The notes beneath the pieces were generated by a model. It was not told the DNA's origin. It ran no database searches and saw nothing but the letters and a program-made list of their open reading frames with translations. The translations under genes were made by a program, and so were the position numbers. A stretch of DNA of 63,783 nt, counting the filler, from Choristocarpus tenellus KU-1152 (lineage: Eukaryota > Protista > Phaeophyceae), in assembly GCA_964200185.2 (NCBI GenBank). It is 12 parts of 12 records of this genome, joined end to end, with 100 filler letters (N's around TTAATTAATTAA, not from the genome) between each part and the next. Parts side by side here need not be neighbours in the genome. Positions count along the whole stretch, not along the records: positions 36,784 to 41,607 come from CAXNAD020012927.1; positions 41,708 to 47,010 come from CAXNAD020011217.1; positions 47,111 to 50,515 come from CAXNAD020020262.1; positions 50,616 to 53,425 come from CAXNAD020024558.1; 8 more parts are not named here. The stretch is one strand, 5' to 3'. Position 1 is the first letter of the stretch. Each line of letters opens with the position of its first letter. Positions 38,700 through 52,104 of this stretch are shown one piece after another.

Positions 38700-40300
38700 G
38701 CCTAGCGCCCTGGTATCGTAGGACAAGAGTTTGACCTGACGCATTTAATATGCACCAGAGAGCCCTTTATGACGTTTTGTCTACTTTGTTGTTATGTATA
38801 GGTCAATTGTTTTGATTGGCTCAAGATTATTCATCAAGATCATTTAGAGAGCACCGCAGAGCATAGGCCTGCCTCATACTAAACTTCAAAAGAAACAGCA
38901 AACTATTACTACTTGCCGCCTCTTGCCCATAAACATTGCAGGGTCACATCCTGCGCCTGATGCCTATCAAGGTACAACATACTCGCCATCTACTCCGCCT
39001 GTATCTCTTCCCGAGTAGCCCTAACTATGGGGATATTGGCCATCACAATGTAGCGTGGGATCCGCTTCATGCTGCCAACAGGGGACGTTTCTTCCCACAA
39101 TCTACAACTGTGCCATGACAAATGGTGAGAACATATACAAGGCAATCCATCCCATCAATATCATGTGTGTCAGTGACCAGCACATGTACGAAATGAAAGG
39201 TACCTTGGTGACTTGGTATAGTAGTGACCTTAATGCTCAATATGACAGGCTGATGATCCATCAGGTCTCAAAGCATATGTAGGTATCAAATGCTCAGAAG
39301 TGTATGCTTCATGATTTAGGGTATATCGACAAAAGTAATTCGTTGCACAGCGATGAACTGGTTGTCATCGCACGCTCCAAATTATTGATGGCATTCAGAT
39401 AACCCTTTGCCTTCTGAAATCCCTTAGCTATGGGCGTCATCACGTCTATCCCAATTGACGACTTGTGCAAAAGAACACAACATACCACAATCTGCCAAGG
39501 ATATGCTGCTCAACAACACAATAGCATACTAACCCCCAAAATATGCTGAATAATACATACACGACGCGACTGCCCTTTAACACATATGCACTGCACAACG
39601 CAATTCCATATATACCATCTATAATCTTACCCATCCAATATACCTCAGTACGAATCCGCATGGCCTGAAACGTAAGGGTCAATGCAAAAATGAATACCCA
39701 CCCTGCCACATTGAAGATGCCACAGCAGTCTGTATACCCCTAGCAACGCACCTGACATGTGCCCGTGCCCGTGCATGAATTCAGAAGACAACCAAATTGC
39801 CCCTCCAGAGGACTTCTCGTGGATATGCATCCTCCATACAAACATACTATACACTGCAAATTTCTCTACAACACTGGAATGCCAGAATCCAATTCTGCAC
39901 CTGTTCTTGGCACTGAAAAGCTTACAATGCCACAATTCGTTATTACCTCCACACAATGCAACACCACGTCAAGCACAAAACTCATTACTATTCGCTGCAG
40001 ACTATAGAGGCATGGTACAGGTGTATGCACCGGCCACTTACTGCACCTTCATTGAAGCAAATGCTACTATGTATGTCCAATATTGGCGGCAAGACATTCG
40101 CTCCTCAATCCGGTCAGAAAACACTCAAATAACCAGGGACTTTGCCTGTGAAAGAGAGGGCACAGGTGTCTACTTCAACTACTTACCACAACCCAGTAGG
40201 TCTACCTTCACTGCCCAGTACACTTGGGCTTACGGTTGGTTGTACTATAATGTGAGACAGACACACCCATTCCTGAGAAAGTACTGCCATTCCCTAGCAG
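38700..40300 (+). mobile_element. Decayed non-LTR (LINE-like) reverse transcriptase relic
   Basis: Ordered remnants CQQGTFLPTIYN (QG..LSP..FN), WYSSDL (YADDL-like), NAQKC (N..KC) and IIDGIQI; multiple stops. Confidence 0.45.
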
Positions 40301-41892
40301 GCAAGTGTTATAGCCATTCTAAGCCAGAGCAAATGAGCCACGTCAAGTTTTGGCAGGCACACTTGGTGCTCACAGCCACCTTCTCTTCTCTATCCTGCCA
40401 TCAAGATGGCGGCCTACCATCTTCGTATGTCCCCCAAACACCTTCATCTTGCTCTTCATCCACAAACCTACCTCATCCACCGCATCACAGTGGCGGTGGT
40501 GGTGCGAGAGGTCGAAACATTGGCAGTGGCAGCGGCCATGTCCCTGAGCCTGGAGGCAGTGGCAGCCGTCTGGGATCTGGAGGGAGGGGATATCACCGGT
40601 AAAATCGGAGTTTGGGGACAGAGGGACAGAACACATACCTTAAATCGAAGTTGCTGATGCATGTTGATCACACAACCACAAAAGCACCCCTCTCTCATTG
40701 TGGGGGACAAAAGAAAAGGACTTCAATCCCATTGCCACTACACATAACCGAGTCAAATCTGGGTGAAGGAACTGGCGATTATAGAATGACTGATGAAAGC
40801 AACCAAAAGGTGAGCAATGTTCGACACATGTGCGACAGGAAGCACAAAAGGAGACCTTCCTACCCTAGTGAAAAGACCATCTCAGGAAACCTATCAAGGC
40901 ACCTTGTCCGAGGTCCCTGCATCACAGGTGACTCCACAGCCTTTCTCCTGTCCTCCGCCTTGCGCGGTGCAGAGCTGTACGGAAGAGGAGGTGGGCCACG
41001 TAAGGTTAACAGCTTTAGTGTGAAGGAGAAACTTGGCACTAAACCAGGGTGAAGGATGTGTTCACTTCTCGGGAAGTCCCTTTTCTGCAGCACACTAGAT
41101 ACTGGGAGTTGAAGGGGTCGGATCGTGCAAGGCATAAGACATAGCCTGCTTGTCTCAAGAAAGATACAACACACTATCTTACCCTTCTTCACAATATGGA
41201 ATGAAGACCAAGTGGGAGACGCACCTGATGATATGGCGTGTTCATGTACCCCTTGTGTTTGCTGCACTTGAGGCATTGACTAGGAATGAATCTCCATAAC
41301 TGAACTACCTTCTCCTGTTGCACATGTCCACTACTATACACACCTGTCAGGCTTATTTAGAATGGTAGTAGCCCCTTCTCACCTCATAGAACTGCGCCCA
41401 ACTGCTGCTCTGATGAGTTGTTCTCTCCAGCCCGTACCCCGCCTGGCCTGTCCCCCGCATGTCCTGCCCCATCACCTCCAAGCCCCCGGGCCCTAGAAGA
41501 GTGACCCTCACTTCCTCCTTTCAAGATCGATCTCCTCTCCCTGCCTCCAACCCCCCCCCTGCTTGTCCCTTCCCCCGCACAGGTTGAGGCTCTGTTCTTT
41601 TCCACCANNNNNNNNNNNNNNNNNNNNNNNNNNNNNNNNNNNNNNNNNNNNTTAATTAATTAANNNNNNNNNNNNNNNNNNNNNNNNNNNNNNNNNNNNN
41701 NNNNNNNAGCAAGAGCATCAAAGGAATTAACTTTCCAGGATTTGGCCTGAACAACTAAAGGTCAAGCCCCCCCTTCTCAACATCTTCATTCATACTTAGC
41801 CTATTCCCTAAGCCACATCTCTTCTATCCCCGTCTCGGATCCTATCTCTGCACTCCTCCCCCTATTTGTGATCCCAACTTTGCAACACCCAC

Positions 41893-44800
41893 TGGAAATG
41901 CTGGAACAATATGGAAGGTATCCAGTACAGGGACCCGTCCAAGGAGAGCGTTCTCTTGAGGACATCGCGGAAGCGGCAAGGAGTTAGTGGTGCACACCCA
42001 GCGCTCAAGCTTTCGCATGAACTTGGTTCTCTTCTTGAGCTATTCATTGTGTTTGTAGGGGGGGGGAGGATGAAAGAGTGAATGTGGGTCAATTGGTCAG
42101 TCATGGTGGCGAGAGAGATAGTAGGCGGATGGGAGTGAAAAGGGGTGGGGAGGAAGAATGAGAAGTGACGAGAAAGATTTGACAGCAGTGGTCTTACCAA
42201 GAAGCAGGAAAATTTGAACCAAATGCAACAACTCTTGAGAAAAAGTACATGTTCTTCATCCCATCCCCTCCCCTGCCCCATTCCTCCCTTCTTACCGCCA
42301 TCCTATTAAAAATTGCTCTCCCTGTCCTGTGTCCCTCACCTCAACCATCGTCATATATCCAGTCATCTACAGTTAACTAGATTCCGAAGTAGTAATATCC
42401 TACGTACAGGTTGCAACCATTAAAAAAAGAGAGAGAAGAGATAGGGGTGCTTTTGCTGTTTGAAACATGAATATATATATTCCCCTGGCACCCCCACGCA
42501 GGTGCCTTAGTGCACACCAACTTTCCACTCAAGAACCCTCCCTCTGGCCTCCCTCTGACCTTCACCTCACAGAATAATATTGTCAAGCAAATGCATACAA
42601 GCTAGGAGCTTCTTCATCCCTCTTATACTCACACCTGATCAGAAACACCATGGGTGTGAAAAACTTCACATCTCGGAATACATAGCACTAAACAATTTAA
42701 TATGCCCGTAATCCTGGAGATGAAAACATACCAAACACTATGTAGTGCCCATAACACCAAAGTCCAAAACGTATGTTACATGCACTTTGGACACAACTCT
42801 CAGCGGGATGTTAACACAAATGTGTTATAACATCATGTTATGCGAGTGTGACGTTGTCCAAGGTATGCAAATGAGCTTCACAAAAAGAGGGGACTAGAGA
42901 GGGGAGTTACAAACATTCACTGGTTTACGTCAATTGATAGCGACAAAAATGAGAAGATTTGCCCGTTTCACAACCTAGATATGGCAAATATACATGTTGG
43001 ACATCAAAACACTCAACAATGCATTATGTCCATAGCATAAAAATATACATAAAATTTTGTAGTGCCAACAACACTCCAGTTCAAACATATGTTAACATAA
43101 CATTGCTTAGCAAAATACAAACACAGATTGTTAACATAGGGTAATGTACATTTAAATTTGTCCAAGGTGTGCAAGCCTTACCTGAGTCATGTCGGCGAAG
43201 TTCACCTCGTATGAATGACGCCCAACCATAAATGAAGCTTTTGATATTCCTGTTTCTTTGAAATGCTTGAACCCTTCCTCCAGAACCTTATTGGTAGCAT
43301 TCTCAAATGGGTAAACAGGAACCGTCAGCTTTCCCCCCGACCCAGCAAATTCCTGATATACACTGGGATGAGGCCCCTGGGCTTGACTTGGAACTGGTAA
43401 TGGTCCTATCCCTGATGTTGGTCCAGTGACTGGAGCTGGTACACTGAATGAAGCTCTTGCCTTCTTCCCAGCTCTGGTCGCCATGTGTGGTGTTGACCCT
43501 CCTCCTGGGCCTGGACCAAGCCCCGATGCTGTTGCCGACCTTGTTTTTGGTGCTGATGCCTGAGGTGGAGAGATAAATGGTGATGCGTTTTGGCTGGGTG
43601 CACCAATGCTTCCTCCTGGTGGATTCATGCCTGTCCCTGACCCTACTCCTGTCCCTGACCCTACTCCTGTCCCTGTCCCTGCACTTGGTGTTCCCAAGGA
43701 CAAAGTAATATTTGATCCCTGCTGCCCTGACCAATTGAATGAAAATGGAGATAGACCTGGTACTACTCCAGAAGCAGGTACTGGGTTAGCATTAAGGTTG
43801 GTTTTTGTAGGGGGTGCCCCCTGTCCTGCAACTGACACGTTCCCTGGGCCTGATACTGGACTGGTTCCTGCTCCTGGTAAACCTGGCGTTAGAGGTAGCC
43901 CCGGAACCACTGGGCTGATGCCTTGTACTGGGACTGAAGTTGAAAAATTTGCAAGAGCTTTTATTACGGGGATTTCATCTGATAGCATGGGGTCTCCTGT
44001 CCACCACCATTGGACTTTGCTTCCAACCAATGCCATCTTCTGGCTCATCTTTACTTATAGCAACCAATAGTGGTGATTTTGCAGAGGAGGAAAAGGGCAG
44101 GTGAAGGGATAGAGGGGAGGGGGGGAGGGGGAACGAAGAGAAGGGCAGGGAAGGAGGAATGGGGATAAGTTGTGCAGTATGATAATTGGGTAGTTCACTA
44201 CTTCACCTATGGCACTCCTGTATGACTTAGTAGTCAACACCACTCCTAATAGGTTCAGTGTCCGTAGGGAATGTACTGTATGAGGTGGGGTGTGTGTATG
44301 GCTGTGCCATTTGAGATACTGAAACATATCAAACCGCACATCTCCCCATTCCTTTCTAATTGGCATAACAAGGGGAAGGTTTGGCATAGTGAGAGACTTT
44401 AAAGGGAGGAACATAAAAATGAATGGACTAAGGTAGTTTGGATTATAGCAATTTTGGGGAGGAGAGGATTTTGGGTGACTCGCTATCATAAGACTGATTA
44501 TCCAACCTCTCTCAACCCCTCCCCCACCTACCCTGCTGGGAATCCTTACCCTCCCAACTAAATGCTCATTATTCTGCATTGCAACTGACCCACCATGTGC
44601 TTAATCAATGCTGACACGTGCTTGACCTCTTCTTTCAGCCCAGATATATGCACCGTATAGGCATGTCTGTGGACTACCACAAGAACATTGGGGTGTGTCA
44701 AAAATGCCTTTGAAATAAGATCAAAAATCCCCTTGTCATTTCCTTTTTCGTCCATCTCCAGCACACTTGAGCAGATGCCAATTGCTTCACAGTAGACACT

Positions 44801-45931
44801 CCTTTTGCAGGTAACCCCGTACATGTGAGATGAGTAACAAAGGGAAGAAGGGATTGGTGAGAATTAAAGGGCCCATCATTGTTGGGTTGACCTACTCTTC
44901 ACTCATAGGCGTTGCTGAGAAACTTGCCTTAGAAACGACTTTTGTTTCAATGCAATAACAGGTTCGATTCATTTTTAGGGCGTAGGGAGCGTGGCTTGAC
45001 ACTGTCAGTAGAGGTACGGCAAAATTTGTGTACACCAGCATTCCAAGTTGCTGGGAGAAGTGGGGAGTAGTATATGCGTAAACACGAGAAGGATTATCGA
45101 ACCCTACTCTCCCATGTTGAACTTTGCTGAGACATGCACTATTCTCGGGTTTCCTCTTTTCAATTTCACTTGGAAGGCACACAGCGAAGCAGACACAAAT
45201 TCTTACTTGGCGATCACACCGGCCTTGTCCGAAGCATCCTGCTGAAGACCATGAAAAAGCATCCATCCGCCCCCAACGCTGCAAACCACAGTTCCATCCT
45301 CCACTGGCCGGCTTTGGCAGGAAGAGAATCCAGGTTGGGGCTGGCTGTCTGAGACCTGCTTCACTCGAATACCCAAGTCCTCCAGGTCCTGTCGCCTTTT
45401 CCTCACTGAGTATGTGGGGACGCGCAAGCAGTAACAGTAGCATCCCGAAGTGGTGCTCAATGATCATGACGCATGGGAGAATTTCTATGATGTTCTTCTC
45501 ATTTCAAGAATGACTTCAATATCGAAAAACACAAACCGATTCTCACCCACAAAGTCAACGACGGATGGTTGAAGAACGAATCGGCGGTCGAAAAGACGGA
45601 GGCGAAGGCGATCATACTCATCCACTGCTAGCGTTGCTACCCGTCGAGGATCATTGCCGACGGTTGGCACCTCATCAACTCCTTTATCCATTACAGGCGA
45701 ATCGTCCTTAACCTTGTCAACCTTTGGACGAAACGGCCATGGAAAGGATGGTTCAATGTGAGATGGTGGAGAGTAGATTAAATCGTCTGGATATTCCAGT
45801 TAGGCTTCGAGTTGAGCACACATGCATTCAATCTAAGCACTCATAAGGTAATTCAGTTGACACATGGAGTCAGTGAATAATCTCACCCCATCAGGTGGTC
45901 CAGAGAACTTTGGATTCCACACAGAAGTCAT
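41893..45931 (-). CDS. WWE-domain protein (possible PARP/Deltex-like), 5' part. Exons: 45931-45887, 45721-45547, 45405-45207, 44801-44594, 44048-43182, 42039-~41893
   Basis: Phase-compatible exons from an ATG. VQWWW ... YPFENATNKVLEEGF...GRHSYEVNFADMTQ|LKKRTKFMRKLER fits the WWE consensus. Exon 4 ends in a KH-like VHISGLKEEVKHV segment. The 3' end is beyond the contig. Confidence 0.75.
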
Positions 45932-46539
45932 GGAAGTCTGTGTCCGTGTGAAACGGCGAACGATGATGGAGATACAAGTAATCAACGATGTTTTAAGGTT
46001 GAGGGGACGTCAATAATACATCGACTTCATCATTGGCGTTAAATATATAGTTGCTCGTCAGCCTCTTCACGAATATTGACTGCTACGACTGTCTCTTGTC
46101 CTGACTTATTACCACTTATGAGAATGGTGATTTTTATGATTTTGTAGGATGTGTAAAGTTGTTACCCTCCTTCATCAGTGTTGGTGAGTGTTGGTTGAGT
46201 GTTGGTTGGTATCAACAATCAATAGAATATGGTTGATGGATTGGTTGACGACTCTTGTTCAACATTACGATTCTCCGACCAACATCCAATAGGAAGGCCA
46301 GTAGTCGAGTATCTTACCCCTCCGATTTCCAATATTCATATTCGGATTATTGTTTTTTAGGGTTTGTTCTGACACTTGAATGGTTGTTTTGCATCGGTTT
46401 TTCCGATGCACATCTCCAAAATGTCACAACACATAATAATATAAAATAATAGAGGAGTGATGATTTGGTTGAAATTTATAAACAATGTGATACCACTTCA
46501 ACCCTTCATTTAGGACACTTACGATAGGTCCGCATTTCC

Positions 46540-47010
46540 AAACCTCACCACTACCTCCGAAAAAATTGCGGGGACACCCCAATTTGTTTGACATTTCGTC
46601 CAGGAGAAGGAAGATGGTGGAGTGTGATGCTCTCCCACCTACAATATTAGCAGTCGCCTCCTGCATCAACTTTGTGCCATAACTTTTGATCAACAACAAT
46701 TATTTTCATGAAAATTCATTTGCTGTAATCGCATCATGCTTAAACCTGATTTGATGGGTCTCGGTTGGTGAACTTGCAGTAATCGTGAGAAATAGAGGAC
46801 ATTACTTAAACCAAGTAGTCCGCGCGCGCGAACCGCACAATTTTGGATTATTTTGACGCCTGTAGAGGTCATCTTCACCCCGAGAATGTGGGCATTGTTG
46901 TCTCTCCATTCTCTTTCCATTATTTCCCGTTTATGCAATGTTGTCACCTGCTGGCTAAGGCTCACTCATGGGGGCCCAGGTCTCTCAACCAGACAATCCA
47001 TGCCAAGTCA
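46540..47010 (-). mobile_element. Degenerate DIRS-like RNase H relic
   Basis: EWRDNNAHIL, IRFKHDAITA, KLMQEA, ITLHHLPSPGRNVKQIGVS follow the order W...HI / DN.TA / L / H.PG..N..AD.LSR; several frameshifts. Confidence 0.4.
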
Positions 47011-47110
47011 NNNNNNNNNNNNNNNNNNNNNNNNNNNNNNNNNNNNNNNNNNNNTTAATTAATTAANNNNNNNNNNNNNNNNNNNNNNNNNNNNNNNNNN
47101 NNNNNNNNNN

Positions 47111-47179
47111 CAAAAATCGCTACATGAAAAAATCGACCCCAAATGGACAGCCGCCACCCCCTCCCAGATACTTTGAGCC
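47111..47179 (-). mobile_element. MITE family A fragment at contig start
   Basis: CCAAATGGACAGCCGCCACCCCCTCCCAGATACTTTGAGCC is the reverse complement of the 33588 left arm. Confidence 0.85.
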
Positions 47180-50139
47180 ACCACTAGGTTATTGTTGGCT
47201 CAAAGGCCTTAGATATTTGGGCTGAGAAGGCCTTGAAACCGTAGTATGGTGCTGCAGTCTATTTCTGTTTGAACAATGGACAAAGATTTGTGATAATTCA
47301 ACAGCGTTTGCACACACAAGCCAAATACCCAAGTTCAACTTTTTGTGATATTCTAAGCATGGCTAGGCTCAGAAAGGGCAAGACCTCCTTCCTATCTTCA
47401 CTCCTTTCTTTGATACATACAAATATTTCTACTATCAGATGACTGCTAGCATCTCACCAATTTTGGCTGTTGAAGAGAATGGGAGTGGAAGTGGGCGTAT
47501 CTGTCGCTCTTGTCTCCGTGTGGATGGTGAGTGTCTTGGACACCCCTGGAGCTTGAGTACATTTATATTTGAAATTGTGCATACATTACAAGAAAGGTGT
47601 GTGTACATACTATGTCTGCAGTGCATTGTGTTTTGAGTAAGCATATTAGCACTGGAACATTAGCAAAGTTTCAAACGAGAAATCTTCCCATGTCTGCATT
47701 GATCTTACCCCTACACATAAATGATATTGATAGTGCATATAGACAAGAAGCACTGATGCAGTGCTACACATGCTTCTATTGTCCTTCATTGGTATGTGTT
47801 CAGATACACACACCAAAATTCTTTGGAAATACACCTATGTTATGTTAGTTTCATTATGATAGGCATGAGAATTGTGATTCAAATGTTATGGAGTAGAGGT
47901 GTGTGGAGGATGCACTTTGATAGTAGCAGCTGAAGTAGGTACTGTTGTACAAGGGAATTGCAGTTGCTAGAAGGCGTGTTTGTGGTTTTATGGGGTCTGC
48001 GATGCCTTGCTCATTATGGATCTATTTTGATACGAGGAGTAATAGGGGAAGAGAAAGTTATTGCTGTCAAGATGAGTCTTCCACATTTGAACACGTTTCT
48101 TTTCCTTATGATATTTCATCTCTTGCTATCGTTTTCTCATCATCGTTGTGTGTATCTTATCACTTAACCGAGTGATATTTCCTGCGGCAGTAGCGTTCTC
48201 CCTTGCATCTCCTCCCCCACCATCAACCTCCCCCCATGCTGCTGTTCAGTGGGCAGTTGAACTGCAGTGCCAAGGCATTTGAGCAATTCGGCGGGTACTG
48301 TATGGAGTACGGGCAGCACTGCATGGGTGGTGCATAAAGGGTTGAGGAGGGAATGACAGGTCTGTAGGTACAGAACTCAAATTCCAGCTTCTGGAGGAAG
48401 GGTATAGATGGGTGGTATTTAGTGTTATCGTTTGATAGTGGGAGGGTATTGATTCAAAGGCAATTTTTGTAGTGAGGTGGTAGGAGAGTCCAAGCTTGAC
48501 TGGGGCAAGGGTGGTGCACGATGGGCGCACAACAAGCATTGAGACATTGTCTATAGAAATACCTAAGAAGGAAAAGGATCAAACCAAAAATAGCCTGCAT
48601 ATACTTGATCACATTATGTCGTGCACTATGTGTTTCTTGATCGGTGCAGTGAGTGAGATTAATCTTTGTCAGCGAAATTAGAATTAGGCAGGGTTGCATC
48701 TTGAAGATCCCGAGAATGGGCAAAACGGTGCCATTTTGTACCATTAGAGAGGCTTTGCTAAATTGTGATGTCATTTCTTGTGTGGAAATGAGGGATTGTA
48801 AATCTTAGGGACACAATTGTGCACATCAAGCAATGAAATAGAGTATGCTTCGAGGGTAGGGAAAATGGCTTGAAATGCAAAGGGATCCTAACCTGCGATC
48901 CTGTTAATTGGTTTGGCTCACTAGTGGCAATGATGAATGTGTTGACAAGTGTAGACAGAGCTTGTTGTCACTGGATGACTAGTAGACAAAATCTATTTAT
49001 GTTCATGTATTTTTTCATGTATACTTCCAATTGCATATTGTTTTGTCACTCCTTCAATATTGCGTATTGATTGTGCAATATTTACTAGGAATATATATAT
49101 ATGTGTGTATATGTATGTTTGTGTGTAGATATATAGTATTTTGCAAAATGCCAAGGAAAGGTTCATTTTGCGGTATTAAACACAAGGACTGGCTCTATGC
49201 AGTCGATGTCAAACAAATATAAAATATGTACACCATCACTAGGAGAGCATGTAACAAAGAGCTGTCTGACGAATGGATCGTTGATATATGCTCTACGACT
49301 ATACATAGAAATAATAACTTGTTGTCAATGGTGTCCTTCACGACACAGTAGGAAATATCTCCCCTATAAACGCCATAGATCAGTTTATTTTTTCAATGGT
49401 TTCATCATTACATGGTTTTGATTGCTCTTGTTGAATGTAGTGTCAAAGTTATGTAACAGTCAAAACGATGAATTGTGTTTTATTGTCAGAATACGGTTCA
49501 TACAGTACTTCTTGATTGATCATTTTCTTTTGCATACAAACGGAACACGCTTTTCTTGTCTCTCCTTATATGTCGTGTTGGAGTAATTTCCCTCTCCCTG
49601 AATATGTGTTTAGTGTTTGTGCTAGGTAAATAGAGATTGAATGTGTACAACTAGTGTGTATACATGGTGGTTGGCAACCTGTAACAGTGTATAACATATA
49701 GTAGTGCAGGTCAGAAAATTGAAGATCAAGATATACATAGATGGAACAAGCAATATATTTCTTACTTTAAAGTATGATGTATTTCCTATAGTGTAGCAGT
49801 CATACCTATTTGTATATGTGGTTGTCTATGAATATATATTTGTAGTATTTTTCATTTCCTCTTCGATATCCTAGCCCTCAACCTCTAGGACTATTATTGA
49901 CACAAATACTATGTATTTTGGAATGACATGTGTACTATGAGGTGGGAAGGACAAAAGAATGTGACCATGAAAGTACCACTCTATCTGGGTCGTCTTTTTC
50001 AATGTGCTTGTATGCATACATGATTTTGAAACCATTTGATTTTTCTTTTCAACATCATTCAGAACAAGTCTATATATATGGCGGGTTGCTAACCAAAAGC
50101 CTACCCGTCCATCGTCTGACTTGTCCTCCGTCCGTTCAG

Positions 50140-50390
50140 GTTTTCCCGCCGTTGGGGATTCCCTGCCGCCGCCTGCCCATCTTCCGAGACTCCAAAGTGG
50201 CATGTTTTGAGTTCTTATTATGAGGATGTTCTTCCAACAGATGCAAGAGTAAGAAGTGGATTCCTTGTGAGAAAAGGGTCGTGTAGAATATTCCAATGGC
50301 TGCACTTGACAGTTCTATTGCAGCTTCAAAACTCAACAACTGTGACTACACTGTCCTTGCCTGTCCCTGCTGAGCTACAGGACTGCCGAG
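50140..50390 (+). CDS. Possible exon of an unidentified gene (other candidate exons at ~47439-47526 and ~48270-48350)
   Basis: CAG acceptor, open frame FSRRWGFP...PAELQDCR, GT donor; no recognisable domain. Confidence 0.3.
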
Positions 50391-50490
50391 GTATTGGACA
50401 TTGAAATACAATCCATAACTAAATATGCAGACTAGAGCTTATACACAGGAATGTTGATGTTGGTATTTGAACTTGTTGGATAACACCTCA

Positions 50491-50515
50491 GACCCAAAGT
50501 ATCTGGGAGGGGGGG
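50491..50515 (+). mobile_element. MITE family A terminus at contig end
   Basis: GACCCAAAGTATCTGGGAGGGGGGG. Confidence 0.8.
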
Positions 50516-50615
50516 NNNNNNNNNNNNNNNNNNNNNNNNNNNNNNNNNNNNNNNNNNNNTTAATTAATTAANNNNNNNNNNNNNNNNNNNNNNNNNNNNN
50601 NNNNNNNNNNNNNNN

Positions 50616-52104
50616 CTGTTCTTTGTCCTTCATTAAAGCACCATCTAAAAGCCGCGGGTCCAGTGTGGGATAGTTCAACAGTAGGATGTTGTCTTCACCG
50701 TTTTCCCCACACTTGCCTGGAGCATTGCTGCTCGGAGAGTCCTCAGTGGCGACCAGTAGCGTGTATCGCTCGTTGTTGCCGCAGCTGGTGGTACTCTCCA
50801 CAGTAATGTGGGAAGGATTCGCCTCAGTCTTGACCTCTTCCTTCCCAGACTGCACCGTAGTCAAGAACACCGAAGTGCATGTTGTTGCATCATGGGGACG
50901 TCCACTACATTTGGTGCATATGCGGTTTGGGCAAGCTGGCTTCTCATGTCCATTCTTACCGCATCTCTCGCAAGGAATCTTCTCGGAACGTTTTGGGTTG
51001 GAATTAGAACCATTTTTCTTTCTTCCACCATTAAATTTACGTTCAACCACGCGACCTTGGCCGTTGTGATGGGACTGATTCTTCCCTTGCCATGAACTGC
51101 TAACGACCAAAGCATGGCTGTTCTTGTGTCTTGAGCGTTTGCTCTGATGAAGGGAAGCATATCGCTCTCTGGCAGTTTTCTCTATGTCTGCTCGACATAG
51201 TGTTCTCTGCGAGGCCATCATGCGTATCTCGGTATCGTAATCTGATCCGAGAGCACTCAGGAACTGTAGGAGCAGCAGCTTGTCCGAGATGACGCAGTCC
51301 ATTGATAGCATCATCCCCAGTAGCTCTTCGAGGTGGTTTAAAGTCAGGATCGGGTTCGCCCCCTTCTCAACTTTGCAGTGAAAAACTCACGGAACAAATG
51401 TTGGCTATTACCCACTGAACTGTATTGGGCATGAACCAATCATCAATTGCTCGGAAAAGCTCGCTCGGGCTTTGGTGTGTATTGCACAGTGCCCTGGTGG
51501 TGGGTGCAACGAGAGTAACAGTAAGTGTATGGTAGGCCTCTTCGGCCATCCAGATATCATTCGCACTGAAGCCGTCCGAGAGAAGTTCCTCGTAGGAGCG
51601 TTCTTGATTGACTGGTCTTTCACTTGTCAACGCATCCAAACAGTGAGTATATCTGCAATGCACGATGAAACTCCTTCGTCAGTCCCAGTAGTCCGAGTCG
51701 TCCAATAGTTTCGGTGGTTGGGTTCTTGATCTCTTTGTCGTAGGGTGAACAATATGTGAGCCTGACCCCAAGCTCTCCGAAGAACTGAACCTCCGGCTTG
51801 CTCCACTTCTGATGCTCCCGGCATCCAAGCTGTTTCCCCTCTCTGGGAAATTTTCCCTCAACTTGAGTTCCATAGGACCCACTTCGACTGGTACGCCCCC
51901 AGCTGGAGGCCGTGTGCTGGGCACAGCGGCCTGGACGACGGGATGGTCTCCGTCGCCGACTCTTTCAGACTCAACCATGAGATTGCCAACGTTTCTTGAC
52001 CACTCCACTACCGTCGCCATAAGCGGTCTGAATTCTTGGACAGATGGGCCTTCAGAAGGAACAGGTTCCCGCAATTCTTGAATCGCATCTCCTCGTGTAG
52101 ACAT
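50616..52104 (-). mobile_element. Ty1/Copia-type gag (disrupted), with probable 5' UTR/LTR upstream (52105-53425)
   Basis: Intronless reading frame from ATG 52104 with an in-frame stop (51679) and a frameshift (~51370). FLSALGSDYD motif and two zinc knuckles CERCGKNGHEKPAC and CTKCSGRPHDATTC. Confidence 0.8.

Noticed and set aside
39757-40602. 281-aa ORF as an intact protein gene
   Set aside because: No recognisable domain; it overlaps the tail of a LINE-like relic and possible minus-strand exons (40470-41600) that I could not assign.
46424-47010. IS630/Tc1 or Fanzor/TnpB remnant
   Set aside because: No RuvC or zinc-finger motifs and no clear DDE triad; motif order fits a decayed RNase H better.
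47439-48340. DHHC palmitoyltransferase (ICRSC...HC)
   Set aside because: No DHHC motif, and the candidate exons do not join in that frame.
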